From: Azolla caroliniana
Taxonomy: Eukaryota > Plantae > Polypodiophyta
Assembly (NCBI GenBank): GCA_043228905.1
Contig: JBHGNT010000022.1
Location: forward strand, 8,866,001 to 8,930,000
Length of the DNA: 64,000 bases
Direction: 5' to 3'
Part shown: positions 1 through 14,576 of the stretch, in pieces
How the letters are laid out: every line of letters starts with the position of its first letter
Position numbering within the stretch: the stretch's first letter is position 1
Made by a program: the position numbers and the translations under genes
The notes under the pieces: generated by a model
Databases searched by the model: none
Seen by the model: the letters and a program-made list of their open reading frames with translations, nothing else
What the model was told of the DNA's origin: nothing

Positions 1-935
1 GTACAACATATTCAAGACATAATGTTGTTGGGTTAATAATATGCCATCGGGGCTGTGGATCACTTCGATCCCAAGGAATTAATGAAGGTTCCCCATGTCC
101 TTCATCTCAAATATCTCTGAAAATTGGGACTTGACACGACCACTTTTAGCAAGGTCAGCCCCTGTGATAACCAAGTCATCAACATACAACAATATGCAAA
201 TCGGGCTTGTCAGACCTTTGCAGATGAACAATGATGAGTCGGCAAGTAAGACCTGCTTGTTTGAGGCCGTACAACGACTTCTTCAATCGACACATTGCCG
301 ATTTGTTCAGTTCCGACCAAAATCCAGGGGGTAGGACCATATACACTTGTTCTTCAGGATCCCCCTGAAGAAACACATTCTTAATGGCCATCTGGTGGAG
401 ATGCCATCCCTTTGATGTTGCTACGGCAAGGACCACACGGATTGTTGTCATCTTCACGACCAACGCAAAGGTCTCATCTAATAGATGTCGTGGGTCTACA
501 CATATCCTTTGCCCATCAATCCGGCCTTGTACCGGTTGACTGAGCTGTCGGCATTGTACTTTACCTTGTACACCCATTTACAACCGATCGGCTTATAGTG
601 TTTTGGGGGGGTCAACCAAGTCCTGGTGTCATTTGCAGCTAATGCATGCATCTATTCCTCCATGGCCTCTTGTCACTTGGCATCCTATGATGCCTCCACG
701 AAGCACGCAGGCTGGCGAATTGATGCCACCTTCATCATATACGCATAATGATGCGCCATGTACTCATTATACTCGTATCAGATTATGGGGTTCTTGTGGC
801 GTGTCAATCAACGCAATTTCTCATTGGTCAAGTTCATGGCCCTCCTGGCTGAATCTGATCTCATCTCAGGAGGTCCACCATCATTGCTCAATGCATTGTC
901 AGATTCGCTCCGATCCGACATGCTCCCTTTGTTGT
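1..935 (-). pseudogene. Ty1/copia pol fragment (INT-RT linker and reverse transcriptase), degenerate
   Basis: ORF 179-577 has DETFA..KMTTIR..GWHLHQM..KNVFLQGD.EEQVYM..PPGF..LKKSLYGLKQA; frameshifts and stops elsewhere. Confidence 0.9.
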
Positions 936-945
936 CGTTGTCGTA

Positions 946-1550
946 GTGTAACGTATAAAGTAGTACCCGATTCAATAAAAATGAAGAAAGCAAAGAAAGT
1001 ATGAGAATACATGTTACATGCATAGGGCAAGATTTGAACCTTGTACCTCCATTTTAATAATTTGCAACCTTACCATTACACTAACACATCATAAGTATTA
1101 AACAAATAGATATCCCACATATAGAGATGAACTACTTTTACACGTAGATTGCATAAACCTTTAGTTAAAAGAAAACGCATGATCGAGAAAACTATTCATG
1201 CACATCTCACGTACATAAACACTATTATTAGAAGAAAAAAGCAGAATAGGAAAAGTTATTCATGCACATCTAGTGTGCATGAACACTTTACAAAAAGCAT
1301 GATGTTTACCATGTGGTAGACGATACTTAGTCTCTCCCATCACTATATAAAAGGGGGGAGCAATTTGTAATAGGGTTGTTGATTCTTGGGTTTTGATTAC
1401 GATCTATATATTGATTAATATAATACTTGTGGGATTCACAAGTTTTGATCTCTTTTCTCAATCTAGTCTAATCTATTCTAAACAATTTCAATTTATTACT
1501 ATGATTTTAAATATTAAGTTAAACTAGATCACTATATTCGTGGGACTCAC
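946..1550 (+). repeat. LTR-like fragment with antisense tRNA-like A/B box module
   Basis: TGTAAC/TGTTACA starts at 946/1012, TATA-like CTATATAAAAGGGG near 1345, antisense A/B boxes at 1031-1083; 3' end not resolved. Confidence 0.4.
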
Positions 1551-2154
1551 GAATTCCTATCTCTCTTTCTTATAATCTATTTATATTCTTATTAGCCTTA
1601 AAACTCTCCTCCTCCAGCGGTTCCCACCCGACTCACACAACGATCCAGTGTCGAAAGGCACGACACTGTATCTTGGCATCTTCTTTTTCCCTTTCTCACA
1701 ATGTGTCAGCTTCTTCGGCTTCTTCTTCGGTGACATCACAACCAAATCTTCTTCGTTTCTTGGTTGTTTCGGCTTGGCTCTTCTATATGCCCACTTAATC
1801 AAAACGAAATTGGACACTCCACCTGAGTGCCAATGTCTTCTTTGATTGAGCCAATTATACTGGCCTCATCTTCCGAATTCGGCTCAGAGCTCACAAGGGT
1901 CGGAAGGGATGGAGCCAAATACCACGATGCTGATTAATCAAAGCCTACATCTTGACTTACTCATACTTCTTTGGTTCAGGGGTTATACCATTTGTACACT
2001 TTTAGTTCATGCGAGTAGCCGACGAGTATGCACTTCTCGACTTCGGGGTCCGATTTCCTTCTCTTCTCTTTTTGATTCTTTCTTTTGGCCATGTCGTTCT
2101 ATTGCGGCGTATATCTACATGAGAATTCTTCTCTAATTCCCGCCTTTCAAGGAT

Positions 2155-2871
2155 TGTCATAATTCTATTCATTTTGGCTTACAAGGTTCGAACCCAGAAC
2201 CCCTTTGTATATATGTCAAACCTTTGAGCATAATGATAACATATTTGATGTATAGTTGTATTACCTATATTATTAGTTATTAGAAGAAATTTACCCGTAT
2301 TCTAGAACATTTTAGAATATTCCATGATCTTAAATATCCTAAATATTTGTAGAACATTCTAGAATACTCCATAAGAACCTATAAATAGGTGTTTACTCAT
2401 TCATCAGAACTCATTCGGTTCAACACCAGTCTTTAGCCCCTTAGCCTAGCTTTTGTAACTCTTGTTCTCTTATAATATAAACTCATTTCTATTTATTGTC
2501 TTCTCTCTCTCTCTCTCTACCTTCTACTTACTTTTTGTCTCCTGCGCACAAGTCACAAGGTTCGAACCCACAACCCCTTTGTATATATGTCAAACCTTTG
2601 AGCATAATGATAAAATATTTGATGTATAGTTGTATTACCTATATTATTAGTTATTAGAAGAAATTTACCGTATTCTAGAACATTCTAGAATATTCCGTGA
2701 TCTTAAATATCATAAATATTTGTAGAACATTCTAGAATACTCCATAAGAACCTATAAATAGGTGTTTACTCATTCATCAAAACTCATTCGGTTCAACACC
2801 AGTCTTTAGCCCCTTAGCCTACCTTTCGTAACTCTTGTTCTCTTATAATATAAACTCATTTCTATTTATTG

Positions 2872-2925
<54 letters not shown>

Positions 2926-2981
2926 GTTCTATCTTCATTTGCTTCTACTTACTTTTTGTCTCCTGCGCACAAGTCACAATA
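2155..2981 (+). repeat. T1 5' LTR with internal tandem duplication (about 2180-2555 and 2556-2981) and (CT)n tract
   Basis: Two near-identical copies starting ACAAGGTTCGAACCC, joined at ACAA microhomology; followed by GTTTGAATTGAAT (PBS position). Confidence 0.85.
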
Positions 2982-5900
2982 GTTTGAATTGAATCCCTTT
3001 CTTTTCTTCCTCTTCTAGGAACCCTAACAAACTTTCTTCTTTCTTTTCCCCTCCCCTCATTAGTTATGGAGTCCATCAACAAGCAGGAATATATGTGTGT
3101 CCTTTATGAGCTCAACATGCTCACGACCAAGTTTGTGGCATTAGAACAAGAAAATCAAAGGCTACTAGGGGACCTGCAACATGTGAGTACTGAAAAAGGT
3201 CAACAATATGAAGAGTTATCAAAACGGGTTCACCAACTTGAGGCTACTATATTGGCATTACGAGAACAAGCGGCGGGGGTTCAGAACTCCCCTAGAGAAC
3301 CAAAGATAATTTAGTCTCCCTGCCAAGTTTGATGATACAAGATCTATGTTTCTAGGCTTTTTGAATCAACCATGTTTGGTGATTCAGTTACATCCCAATC
3401 GGTACCCAACTAAAGCTGCTCGTGTGGGGTTAGTCGGCATCTTGCTAAGCGGTAAAACATTAGCATGGTTTGCACCACTTCTCGAGAAGAAATCACCGTT
3501 GTTGAAGGATTTTGAGGTGTTCCTTAAGGAGATTCAAGCTAGTTTTGGGGACACTAATAGCACCAGGACGACAATCGAACAAGATTCGAAGACTTTGACA
3601 AGGAGATCGTCCTGCTTCGATTTACGCAACAGATTTCCATTTCATGGCATATGATATCCCTTGGGATTAAGCGGCATTAATGGATCAATTCCGACAGGGT
3701 TTGCTAATGATGTCAAAGATCTTCTTCTTACTTTCCACGAAGATCCGAAGTCTCTTACAAAGGCAATTAGCCTAGCTTTGCGATGTGATAATCGCCTATT
3801 TGAGCGACGTTCAGAGCGCTAATAAATGTTACGCTGCCAACTAGAACAAATGTATGCTTCAGTAGTCACAACGCCTCCACAAGTTCCCAGACCCATTTCG
3901 AGGGACGACCCAACTCCGATGGAAATATGTCAAGTTAATATGCGGAAGCTTTGACAAACCGGTTTATCCGGATAACAACAGAAAACCAAAAACGAAGGTT
4001 TAATGGAAGCTTAAGAACATAGAATACATAGGAGAGACAGAGAGAGCAGAAAGCATAAACTCTATTCAAAATAATAACACTCTGTACATACAATGTGCTT
4101 AGTGAGCACTTTTATACAAGCCCATAAAGGATTGATAGAAGTACTGACAAGTACTTCAATGCTCATACGAGTGACTAACATTAACTCCTAGGAATTGGGC
4201 TATGTACTAGGCTAGATTCGTAGGCCTCTAATGGCCTACCGATTCCAATCCGATTCAGTTCTCTGATCCGACTGCTGGTTCCGGATACCATCCGGACTCT
4301 GATTTGGCTCTGGCTTGTTCAGCTGATTCAGATCCGGTTGAGCTTGTCCGCTCAACACTCCCCCTCAAGCTCAACTTGAGGTCAGATCGCCGTGTTTGTG
4401 TCTGTGGTAGCTGGTCCTCTCCTCCGGCTCCACCTAGCGTCTTCCCGCCTTGTTCGCGCTCCTTGACCTGTCTGGTTTTGCTATCCTCGACCCATCTGAT
4501 TCCGCGCTCCTTGAACTCCTCATAAAGCCCTTCTCAACTCCTTCGTTGTTGCCACTTCGATGCTTCTCAACCCATCGGTTCCTCTGTGTCGTTGTTGGCT
4601 TCAACTGCCTCCTCGTCCATTTGGCCTTTCGTTGATCCGGCTCCTCTGAATCGAACTCCTCTTTAGAATCGGCTACCTATGATTCGTTCCAGCTCTTGTC
4701 CGAATTGGTTGTCTCCAATTCGTCCTCAATCTTCAGGCCCTTTACCACATCGAACCATGTCCGGGTCTTGGCCTTCCGGTCGGCTCTGTCCTTCTTGACT
4801 TTGCTGCTGTCATCGCTTGTTCTGACTTTATCGGATGTGCCGACTTCTTCAGTCAACTCGGCTTCCTGTTTCTTCTTCTTGTCTCCACCTATCTCTCCGG
4901 CTCTTTGTCCTGTGCCATCACTTGTTTTCCCAGTTTCCGTCCCAGTTCTCCCCGTATCGGTCTCGGTTCTCCCCCTCAAGTGCGGCATGTTGAGATGCTA
5001 AAGACCAAGCATTTCCGAAAAATCCTGCAACTGGTCCAGGCCGAGAGGTTTGGTGAAGATGTCGGCAACCTGCCGATCCGTCCGGACATACCGAAGTTCT
5101 AGTTCACCACTAAGGACCTGCTCGCGCACATAGTGATAATGCACTTTGATGTGCTTCGTCCCAGCATGGAGCACAGGGTTCTTGGCCAGTTGCATGCTGC
5201 TCATGTTGTCGCAGTAGATCGGGATCGGAGTCGGTACTTCGATCCGTAGGTCTTGCAGCAATCACCGAAGCCAAATGGCTTCACAGGTGGCAATGTTAGC
5301 GCCCCGATACTCAGCCTCAGTGCTTGATAGAGCCAGAGGGCTGCTTTTTGTTGCTCCACGCAACAACTGCACTACCTAGAGAAAGCGTGAATCTGGAAGT
5401 GGACCGTCAATCCGACGCATCTCCGGCCTAGTTGGCATCCGTATAACCGACTAGCTTTTCAGTTACACCGTGTCGGTATAAAAGTCCCCGGTCCTTAGTG
5501 CCGCTAACATACCTCGGTATTCGGTGCGCGCACTGAAGGTGCTCCACGGATGGCTTCTGCATAAACTGACTTATTGCTTTGACTGGATAACTAATGTTGG
5601 GTTGGGTGATTGTCAAATAAATGGGGCTTCTGATAATTTGTCAGAACCATTTCTCATCGCAGGTCGGTCTGGAGTCGGGTCGAAGCTTTAAGTTCCAGTC
5701 CAGGGGTGTGGAAATTGGTCGACAATCCATCATGCCGAATTTGTACAACATATTCAGCAAATAATGCCGCTGAGATAACAATATGCCGTCGGGGGTGTAA
5801 ATCACTTCGATCCCGAGGAAGTAATGAAGGTTCCCCAGGTCCTTCATTTCGAATGCGTCCAACAGTGAGGCCGGGTTCGGTGATGACTAGATCATCTACA

Positions 5901-6221
5901 TATAATAGGATACATATTGAACCGTTCGGACCATTTCATGAATAGGGAAAGATCCGACTTCGAGGCCGCAAACCCAATCTTACGTAACCAGTGCGTGATC
6001 TTTGAATTCCAAGCACGAGGGCCTTGCTTTAGGCCATAAAGCGACTTCTTGAGTCAGCACATTACCGACTTGTTCATCTCCGATTGAAATCCGGGGGGTT
6101 GGATCATGTAGACATGTTCTTCAAGGTCACCTTGAAGAAACACATTATTCACATCCTTTTGGTGAAAATGCCACCGCCTTGCTGCAACAACAACCAGTGT
6201 CATAGACATATGCCACAGAGG

Positions 6222-6351
6222 TGTTGGGAAAGGGCCACCTTCAAATGTGGAACTTAAGCGAAAATCTTCTATATGATGATCATGAAGTGGTGTATGTAGA
6301 TAGAAAGATCAATGGCAGATGGAAACATTAAACAAGATGTTGTAGAGCACG

Positions 6352-6424
<73 letters not shown>

Positions 6425-9184
6425 CACAACAAACTAGTTGTATATTAGGCAATCGAACAAAGAGCAACAACAACGTTTAACTAGGTTACTAAGTCAGTTT
6501 ATATACTGACTGACTTAGGGCAACTGCCCTTCTCAATATTTACATAAATAGTCTACGCCTAGTGTGTACAAAAGGAGACAATGTGAATACGTCCATTAGA
6601 CACCCGTATTCAACACTCCCCCGTAATGGGCATATACATATCAAACTTATACTCGAAACGAGTATATAATACAGATTGATACAAGTCTTTGAACAACCAA
6701 AGTCTGGTGTCCGAAAAAGGATCACAATTGTTCGATTTAATCGAAGCAATTCTCCATTACGCCCATGTGTTGTCTAAGAGATCGAAATCGATTTGCCAAA
6801 AGACACTTGGTCATTGCATCCGTGATATTATCGGCTGTAGATATCTTCGCAAGGCCAATTTTCCTTGAAATGACGCAGTCCCGAACAAAGTGATATCAAG
6901 CGTCGATATGCTTGGAGGCGTTATGCTTGGAGGCGTTATGCAACAACACCCTGACTGTCGCTATAAACAATTGGAGTCAAGTTGATTTTGGCTTGTCGAA
7001 ACGTGCAGGCCAGTCGGCTGAGCCATAAGGCCTCTTTCACCGCATTGGAAGTAGCTACGTATTCGGCTTCGGTCGTAGATGTGGCCGTGCATTCCTGAAG
7101 TTTGGATTTCCATGAGATGACCCTGTTTCCAAGTTTGAAACAATATCCGGTTGTTGATTTTCGGTTGTCTATGCAGCCCGCGAAGTCAGAGTCGGTATAT
7201 CCGACTACGCCTGAGTTGTCGTTCGGTCCGAACAGAATACCAAGGTCTTTTGTGCCCACCAGATATCTGAACACATGCTTAACTGCGTTCCAATGCGATC
7301 GACCAGGGTTATGCATAAATCTGCTAACGACTCCAACGGCGTGAGCTATATTAGGCCGTTGTCGTGAAGAATTTTGGCCAGAGGCGGAAACCGGGAAATA
7401 TTGGCTACATCGACGGGGTGCAGCATGTGCGATCAACCTTGTACATTTAGTGTGAATAGCAGGAGTCAAGATTGGGACAGAGAATCCCATGTAAGTCGGG
7501 ATTTATCCCACATTGTAGCGCATCTCCCTCCTTGTTCTATAAAAGGAAGGGAGCGCCTCTTGTGAGAGGGTTGCCCATTTTGAGTTGTAAGGGTATACCA
7601 TTTTGTGCTTCGTTTCTAGGGTTAGTGACATTCTTTCCTTTTTTATTCCTCTGCTCCTTCTCCTTCTCGAGAACTCGAGCAACAACTATGGCGGGAAAGC
7701 TATTAGGTTAACTCTTCTTCTTCTGTGCGTAGCCGGCTCGCGGCCGGGGTGGTATATCTCCCTATTGTAGGTTTCTTCTATTCGGCCTCATGTGCAAGAT
7801 CCCGCTCGGCGCGATGAGCCCGAGAGTTCCCCGACGGTGGCTTGGCGGCAGACTGCCGTTGCGACCTAACCTACCTCAGTCCGAGTCGGAGTAGGAGTTG
7901 TAACTCACTCTTGTAATCATATATATATATACAAGGTTGTGCATATTTGTGTCTTTGTCGGTGTCGGGTGCTTTCCCTTCCCTGTGTTTCCTGTACATAA
8001 GAGGTGTGCGTTGTGTCGGTGTTGCGCACGTGTTCTCTCCCTCTCTCCCTCTCTTCCTCTCTCGCGTTAGGTAGCCACCGGTACGCGTTCGGAATCGCTC
8101 CGGTTCGCGCCACCACTAGTGCAGCCGGGACCGGAGAGAAGTCGGCTTCCTACGCTCCGTCACTCCCTAGTCCAAGACCCCTGTGGTCGCGCCCCTTCTA
8201 TATGCACGCGTGTAACATCACGACAATGTGTTGCGACCATTGCATACATGAGGGAGCCGACTGTTGGTGCATATGGTACAGACTTCATAATTTCCCCCTC
8301 CGAATCGGATGTCAGGCAGTCTCGACGAGACAGCCGAGAATTAATAGGGAGCGGGGTAGAGGCAAATTTCGCTGATCGCATGTTGAAGCGTTTGAGGACA
8401 CGTCCAATGTAGTCGGATTGAGGCAGAAACAATTGTCGTGGATTACAATTCCGACGTATCTTCATGCCAAGAATGTGTCGTGCCGGATCGAGATTCTTCA
8501 TGGCAAACTTCAACCGCAGTTGCCGAACGAGTTCGGCTAGTTCGGCTGCATGGCGTCCAGAAATTAGCATGTCGTCCACGTAGATGATGAGAAAGATGGG
8601 TGATCCATCTCGAGCTGTTTTCATGAAGAGACAGTGGTCCTGTTTCGGTTGACTGCAACGATGAGAGGGACGGAACCAACTGGTCCTCCCGAATGTCGTC
8701 TAGCTGAATGAAACATGGATTGGGGTTTCCCCTGGAGTCGTGTTTGCTTCAGGTGACTACGACGAGTAGGACAGTAGCGTCAGATGACCTATTCGATTTC
8801 CGCCTAGTCGATTGAAGCAATGATTTGGCCTAATCAAGACAGAAGTCCCACTCCGAGCGGCTACAACCACAAATCGAGAGTGATCTAGAACAATGAAGTG
8901 CTGACTTAGTCACGTTTCTCTTTGCAAGAACAATCTCGTTGTGATTTTCCTGCCATGACTAGCTAAGATCTTTAGAATACACGAAGAAGAGTTTTCAGAG
9001 GCTAAGATAGAAGGCGACAACAAGCTCGAACAGAAATCGGGCTCTGATACCAAATGTTGGGAAAGGGCCGCCTTCGAATGCAGAACTTAAGCGAAAATCT
9101 TCTATATGATGATCATGAAGTGGTGTATGTAGACAGAAAGATCAATGGCAAATGGAAACATTAAACAAGATGCTGTAGAGCACG

Positions 9185-9239
<55 letters not shown>

Positions 9240-9430
9240 CACAACAAACTAGTTGTATATTAGGCAATCGAACAAAGAGCAACAACAACGTTTAACTAGG
9301 TTACTAAGTTAGTTTATATACTGACTGACTTAGGGCAACTGCCCTTCTCAGTATTTACATAAATAGTCTACGCCTAGTGTGTACAAAAGGAGACAATGTG
9401 AATACGTCCATTAGACACCTGTATTCAACA
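6222..9430 (-). mobile_element. Ty1/copia element B, internally deleted, inserted in the T2 5' LTR
   Basis: LTRs 6222-6615 and 9055-9430 with (GA)n; iMet PBS 9041-9052; PPT at 6616; RT YVDD (8160-8624) and RNase H GYTDSDFAG..KSTTGY..EAEY; TSD degenerate (AGAGG/GGAGA). Confidence 0.92.
7360..8225. mobile_element. Solo LTR (TGTCGTGA...TCACGACA) inside Copia B RT; start resembles the LTR at 26397
   Basis: 8-bp terminal inverted repeat; splits the YAMVAT|RPNIAHAV motif; TATAAAA near 7538; degenerate 4-bp TSD. Confidence 0.8.
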
Positions 9431-11486
9431 GGAGAAAGGTAAAGATTGAACCTAAGGCCTCATGGTCTCTATTGGGCAACCCTACAAATTGCATGCATCC
9501 TCATTTCTAGCTTGCACACATTCTCATGCATTCTCTATTGCATGCATTCTTTATTTCTAGCTGGCTTACATAGCCTTACCTTCTTGTATAAATACTTAGG
9601 TGCACCTTGATTCTAATCAAGGTGAACAACATCAGTTACGGATTCTATAAGTTGAGTTCTTGTTCTTTTACTCTCTCTTGTTTTCTAGTCTTGTATTCGC
9701 TCTACTCTATTATACTTGTCCGTGACAGTTTGTTCACCTTTCCCTCTTCTTGCTCCCATGTCCGGCTCCGACAACTACTTAAACCAAGTCATGGAAGCCT
9801 TGCAACAACTTCATCTAGAGAATGAAATCCTTCGGGAATCATTACGATAGTTGCAATCCGGCACTTCAAGAAATTCATCACCCGCCGAGTCACAATCACC
9901 GACAACATCTAGCCCGACCACGTCCTTTTCCCATCCATATATCCTCGAACCAACCATCAGTCTACCGGACAAATTCAATGGCACGAGGGTGTATCTTTGC
10001 GGCTTCATCAACCAAATTTGGCTTATCATCCAGTTACAGCCCCAAAGGTATGCTAGTGACTTTTCTCATGTTGGGCTTGTCGACACACTTCTCTCCGGGC
10101 CGGCGCAAGCGTGGTTTCCACCCTTGATCGAGACCTCATCCCCTCTCTTAGAAAACTTGACCACTTTCATTGAGGAGCTCGAAGCGACATTTGGTGAGAC
10201 AAACCGGCAACGAACGACACTCACAAAGCTTTATTCTTTCCAACAAGGTTCACGTCCAGCCTCGGTCTACGCCTCAGAGTTCCGTCAGATTGCCTACGAT
10301 GTCAGTTGGGATGACCAAGCCCTATGCGACCATTTCCGTCGCGGTCTCCGAAACGACATCAAGACTCTTCTCTTAAACTTCCCAGAGCCCACATCGTTGT
10401 CTCAAGTAATCTCCCAAGCTTTCTAGTGTGACAATCATCTCTTCGAACTTCATCCAGAAGAATGGGGGACTCGCGGGTCTCAGGCTTCTTCCCGAAACGC
10501 ATCAATTGCCATGCCCTACTTGTCTCCTACGCCAACCTTACCATCACCTAGTGATACCCATACCACGACGGAGGTCGATTTCCATACACCGATGGAGATC
10601 GACCACGCTCGGTTCCAACCACTAACGGAAGCCCAACACCAACATCGTCGGGACAATGGACTCTCTCTCTATTGTGGCAACCCCGACCATGTCATCCACA
10701 CGCGTCACCAATTCCATCGTGCACGTCTTGTGGAGGCTCCTCAACAATAGGAAGATGACCAAGTCCGACTGCAGTAGGAGTCATGCCGTTGGACGCTTCT
10801 TGTTACTCACCTTCTCCATGATCCTACAAGTTTGTTCCGCCATTAGGAGGGTTTTCTTTGCAAGTAAGTCTTTCTTTTAGTTCGACTTCAATACATTCTC
10901 ATGCCTTGCTCGATTCTAGAGAATTTACTTGCTTTATCGATAAATCGTTTGTCCATGCACATAATATCCCCACCGTCTGCACATCACAACCCATATCTGT
11001 TGAAGCGATCGATGGTTGGATTCTCTCTTCGGGGGCGGTTATCGAAGCCACTATCCCGCTGGTACTTCAAGTCGAGGCGCATCAGGAGGAACTCACATTC
11101 TCCCTCATCGCAACCCCTTGACATCCGATTGTGTTGGGGCTATCTTGGTTGGAGACACACAATCTGACGGTGGATTGGTGTAACCGCTCCATCACTTTTT
11201 CAGTAAGGCCAATTCCTGCTAGGTCACGACACTCTCTTGATTCCGTTGCGGTTGAGTCTGGTTTGGTCGCTACACTGGCCATTGTGTCGAGGGACCTCAT
11301 CATTCTTGTCAACAATTTACCCATCCGATATAGCGACTTTTCCGACATCTTCGAAAAGCGAAATGTCGATCGGTTACCGGCTCATCTCCCCTATGATTGC
11401 CCAATCAAATTCCTAGCTGGCGAGCATCCCCCATTTGGTCCTATCTATTGGTTATCTGAACCCGAACTTGAGGCTCTCCACACATA

Positions 11487-12733
11487 CAATAGACATTCGG
11501 TTAAGTGCGTGTCCATTTAATTGTGCCATTCTATTAAGTGCGCTTTTTTGGGAGGCCAAAATCCAGTTCAAAAAAATTACATTGTTTCTTCACAAAATTA
11601 CATTCTATTATATTCGAATGAGGAAAGAAAGACGCATTTGCAAAGCATCTCTATCTTGGCAAGATTGTCTCCATTAGATTAGCTATTGATGGTGAGGACA
11701 TTGAAGGAAATGGGTGAGGTTGTGGTCGTGATAGGTCATGGTAATCATGCATCAACAAATCAAGAAGTGGATGTTAGGGCATCAAAGGAGAGTCTAGACT
11801 TCGCGATTATGGATGGCAATTTTGCATTAGTGGTGAAAGTGGTATAGTGAGGCCCGATTAGTTTCAGCAAATGTTTGAGAGAGCAATCTTAGCCATGGAA
11901 ATGGCAGCCAACAAACGAAAAACCCAAGGGGCATCGTGAAAGGAATAAGGAAGAACTAAACAGATTTTTCATATTTACAACAATACCCCTCCCTTGGCTC
12001 ACTCTAAGTCAAGAGAATTTCATGAGTCCCTTGTCATGCTTTTCACCCAACATTTAGGGTTAGGGTTTCTTCTATTTGGATTTTTTCTACGTACTTATGT
12101 GACTTATGGTGAGTAAACAAAACCCAAGGGCATCGGTGGAGGAATTTGGTGGCAATCTTCGTAAATTTTTTGTGGCAACAGGATCATCAGGGAATATGTC
12201 ATTAAACTAACGTGTAACTACTATGGGTGCATTCAATCATGGACATGTTGGAAGCGCTAGAGATAAGCCAACTGATAATTTGTTGAACATGCCTCCAATT
12301 GCGCAGAAGGAGCCCACCTATAATCCGATATAGAGGAGGCTGCTGATAATCTACTGAACATGCCCCAAAGAGCCCATTGATAATCCACAACAGATCATGC
12401 CATTGATTTTGCTAAACATACCCCCAAACAGGTGGAATGAGCCCAATGATAATCTGTTGTAGAGCAGGCCACCAATAATTCGTTAAACATGCCCTTTATA
12501 GGGTGGAAAGAGCCCCTAATTTTTTGATCACCACTAATTTCACGTGGAGGAACATCTCCTTTCAGGCCATCTACTATTTTATCATTCACCTAACCCTTCC
12601 GGTTAAGAAAGATAAGGTAATGAGGCTAACTGGTGTAGCAAATGCTTGTTGTATCAACAAAATTTTCATATTCAGCCCTAAGTGCGCACTTATTCCCTAA
12701 GATCAAAGTGCGCACTTAACCGAATGTCTACTG
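11487..12733. mobile_element. Non-autonomous pogo/Tigger-type (Tc1/mariner) element or MITE
   Basis: TIR CA(A/G)TAGACATTCGGTTAAGTGCG at both ends, TA duplication; removing it restores T2 pol ALHTY|LVENLAKGF. Confidence 0.92.
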
Positions 12734-14576
12734 TATCTGGTTGAGAATCTCGCAAAGGGCTTCATTCAACCCTCCAAATCACCGGTTGGGGCACCAATCT
12801 TATTTGTCAAAAAGAAGGATGACTCCTTATGCTTATGTATGAATTATCGGGGTCTCAACAAAGTTACGGTGCGTAATCGTTACCCCCTGCCCTTAATTCC
12901 AATGCTCCTCGATCGACTCCGAACTGGGCAAATCTTCTCCAAAATCGATCTTCAGGGAGCCTACAATTTGGTGCACATCAAGCTTGGGGACGAGTGGAAA
13001 ACGGCTTTTCGGACGTGCTATGGACATTTCGAGTACAAAGTGATGCCATTCGGCCTTATCAACACTCCGGTCGTCTTCCAACACATGATGAATGATATTT
13101 TTCGAGAGTATCTCGATCATTTCGTGGTCATCTACCTTGACGACATCCTAGTTTTTTCTTCCAACTAGGAGGAGCACACACACCACGTCCGGCTGGTTCT
13201 CACCAAACTCTGGGAATATGAGCTCTTCGCCAAAGTGAGAAATGTGAATTCGATCGGACCTTTGTAGAATTCCTAGGTTACATGATCTCAACTACCAGGA
13301 TCACAATGGATGAATGCAAGGTAGCGGCAATCATTGATTGGCCTCTCTTGGCTCAGCTAAAAGAGGTACAATCCTTTCTTGGTTTTGCAAATTTTTATAG
13401 ACGATTTATAGACTACAAACTTGTCGGACACTTTGGGTTCGCGATGATCCTCTTATCGGACACTTTGGGGTCGTGAAAATGCTGGTGTTGCTGTCTCGGG
13501 GGTTTTGGTGGCCCCAACCTTGGAAATGGGTCAAAGAACTTATCAAAACTTGTGACGTATGTGCTCGCTCCAAAGCGGCTCACCATTGTCCATACGGCCT
13601 TTTGCACCCACTTCCAATTCCCAGCCGACCTTGGGCATCTCTCTTCATGGACTTTATCACTGACCTTCCTCGGGTCGGTGACCATGATAGTGATAGTGGT
13701 CGTTGATCGGTTTTCAAAGATGCCTCACTTTGTCCCATGTTCGAAAACCATTTTTGGGGAGGAGACAACTGACCTTTTTCTGAAAATGTCGTCCGATTAC
13801 ACGACTTCCTTGAGGATGTCACTTCTGATTGAGGTCCTCAATTTATCTCCCATTTCTAGCGCCGACTTCTACGGACATTTGAGACTTCTGTGAACTTGTC
13901 AACCGCGCACCACCCTCAAACTGATGGCCAAACTGAAAGAGTCATACAAATCCTCGAACAATACCTCCGGTGTACTGTCAGCTACCAACAAGACGATTGG
14001 GTGGACTTCCTTGCCATGGCGGAATTCTCCTACAATAATAATATCCATGCCTCAACTAAGGTTTCCCCATTCTTTGCAAACTATGGTTTCCACCCTCGTT
14101 TCAACATTTCCATTTTGTAGATTTCCATCAATTCGTCGACTGAGAGGCATGCCCACACCTTATAAGATGTCCATCATGACCTCTCCCTTGAGCTCCGTGC
14201 CTCTGGCAAACAGTATAAAGCTCATGTTGACTGACATCACTTTGTTGTGGCGACCTTCGCAGTCGGTGACATGGTTTGGCTGCTACGTCGCCACATCGCA
14301 ACTACCCGTCCCTACGCGAAGCTCAACTACAAAAGTTAGGCCCCTTTCGTATCCTCGAGCACGTTAACCTAGTCGCCTTCCGGTTAGCGCTTCTCCCCAC
14401 ATTTTGGCATCACAATGTTTTCCACGTGTCTCTCCTCAAACTCTACCATCCTTCTCACATTCCGGGACAACAACCTCCTCCGCCATTGCCTGTGGAAATA
14501 TCGACAAGTGAGGAGTAGAATGTTGATCGGATCCTCGACTCCTGCTTGCGTCGAGGAAGACTTCAATACTTGGTCT

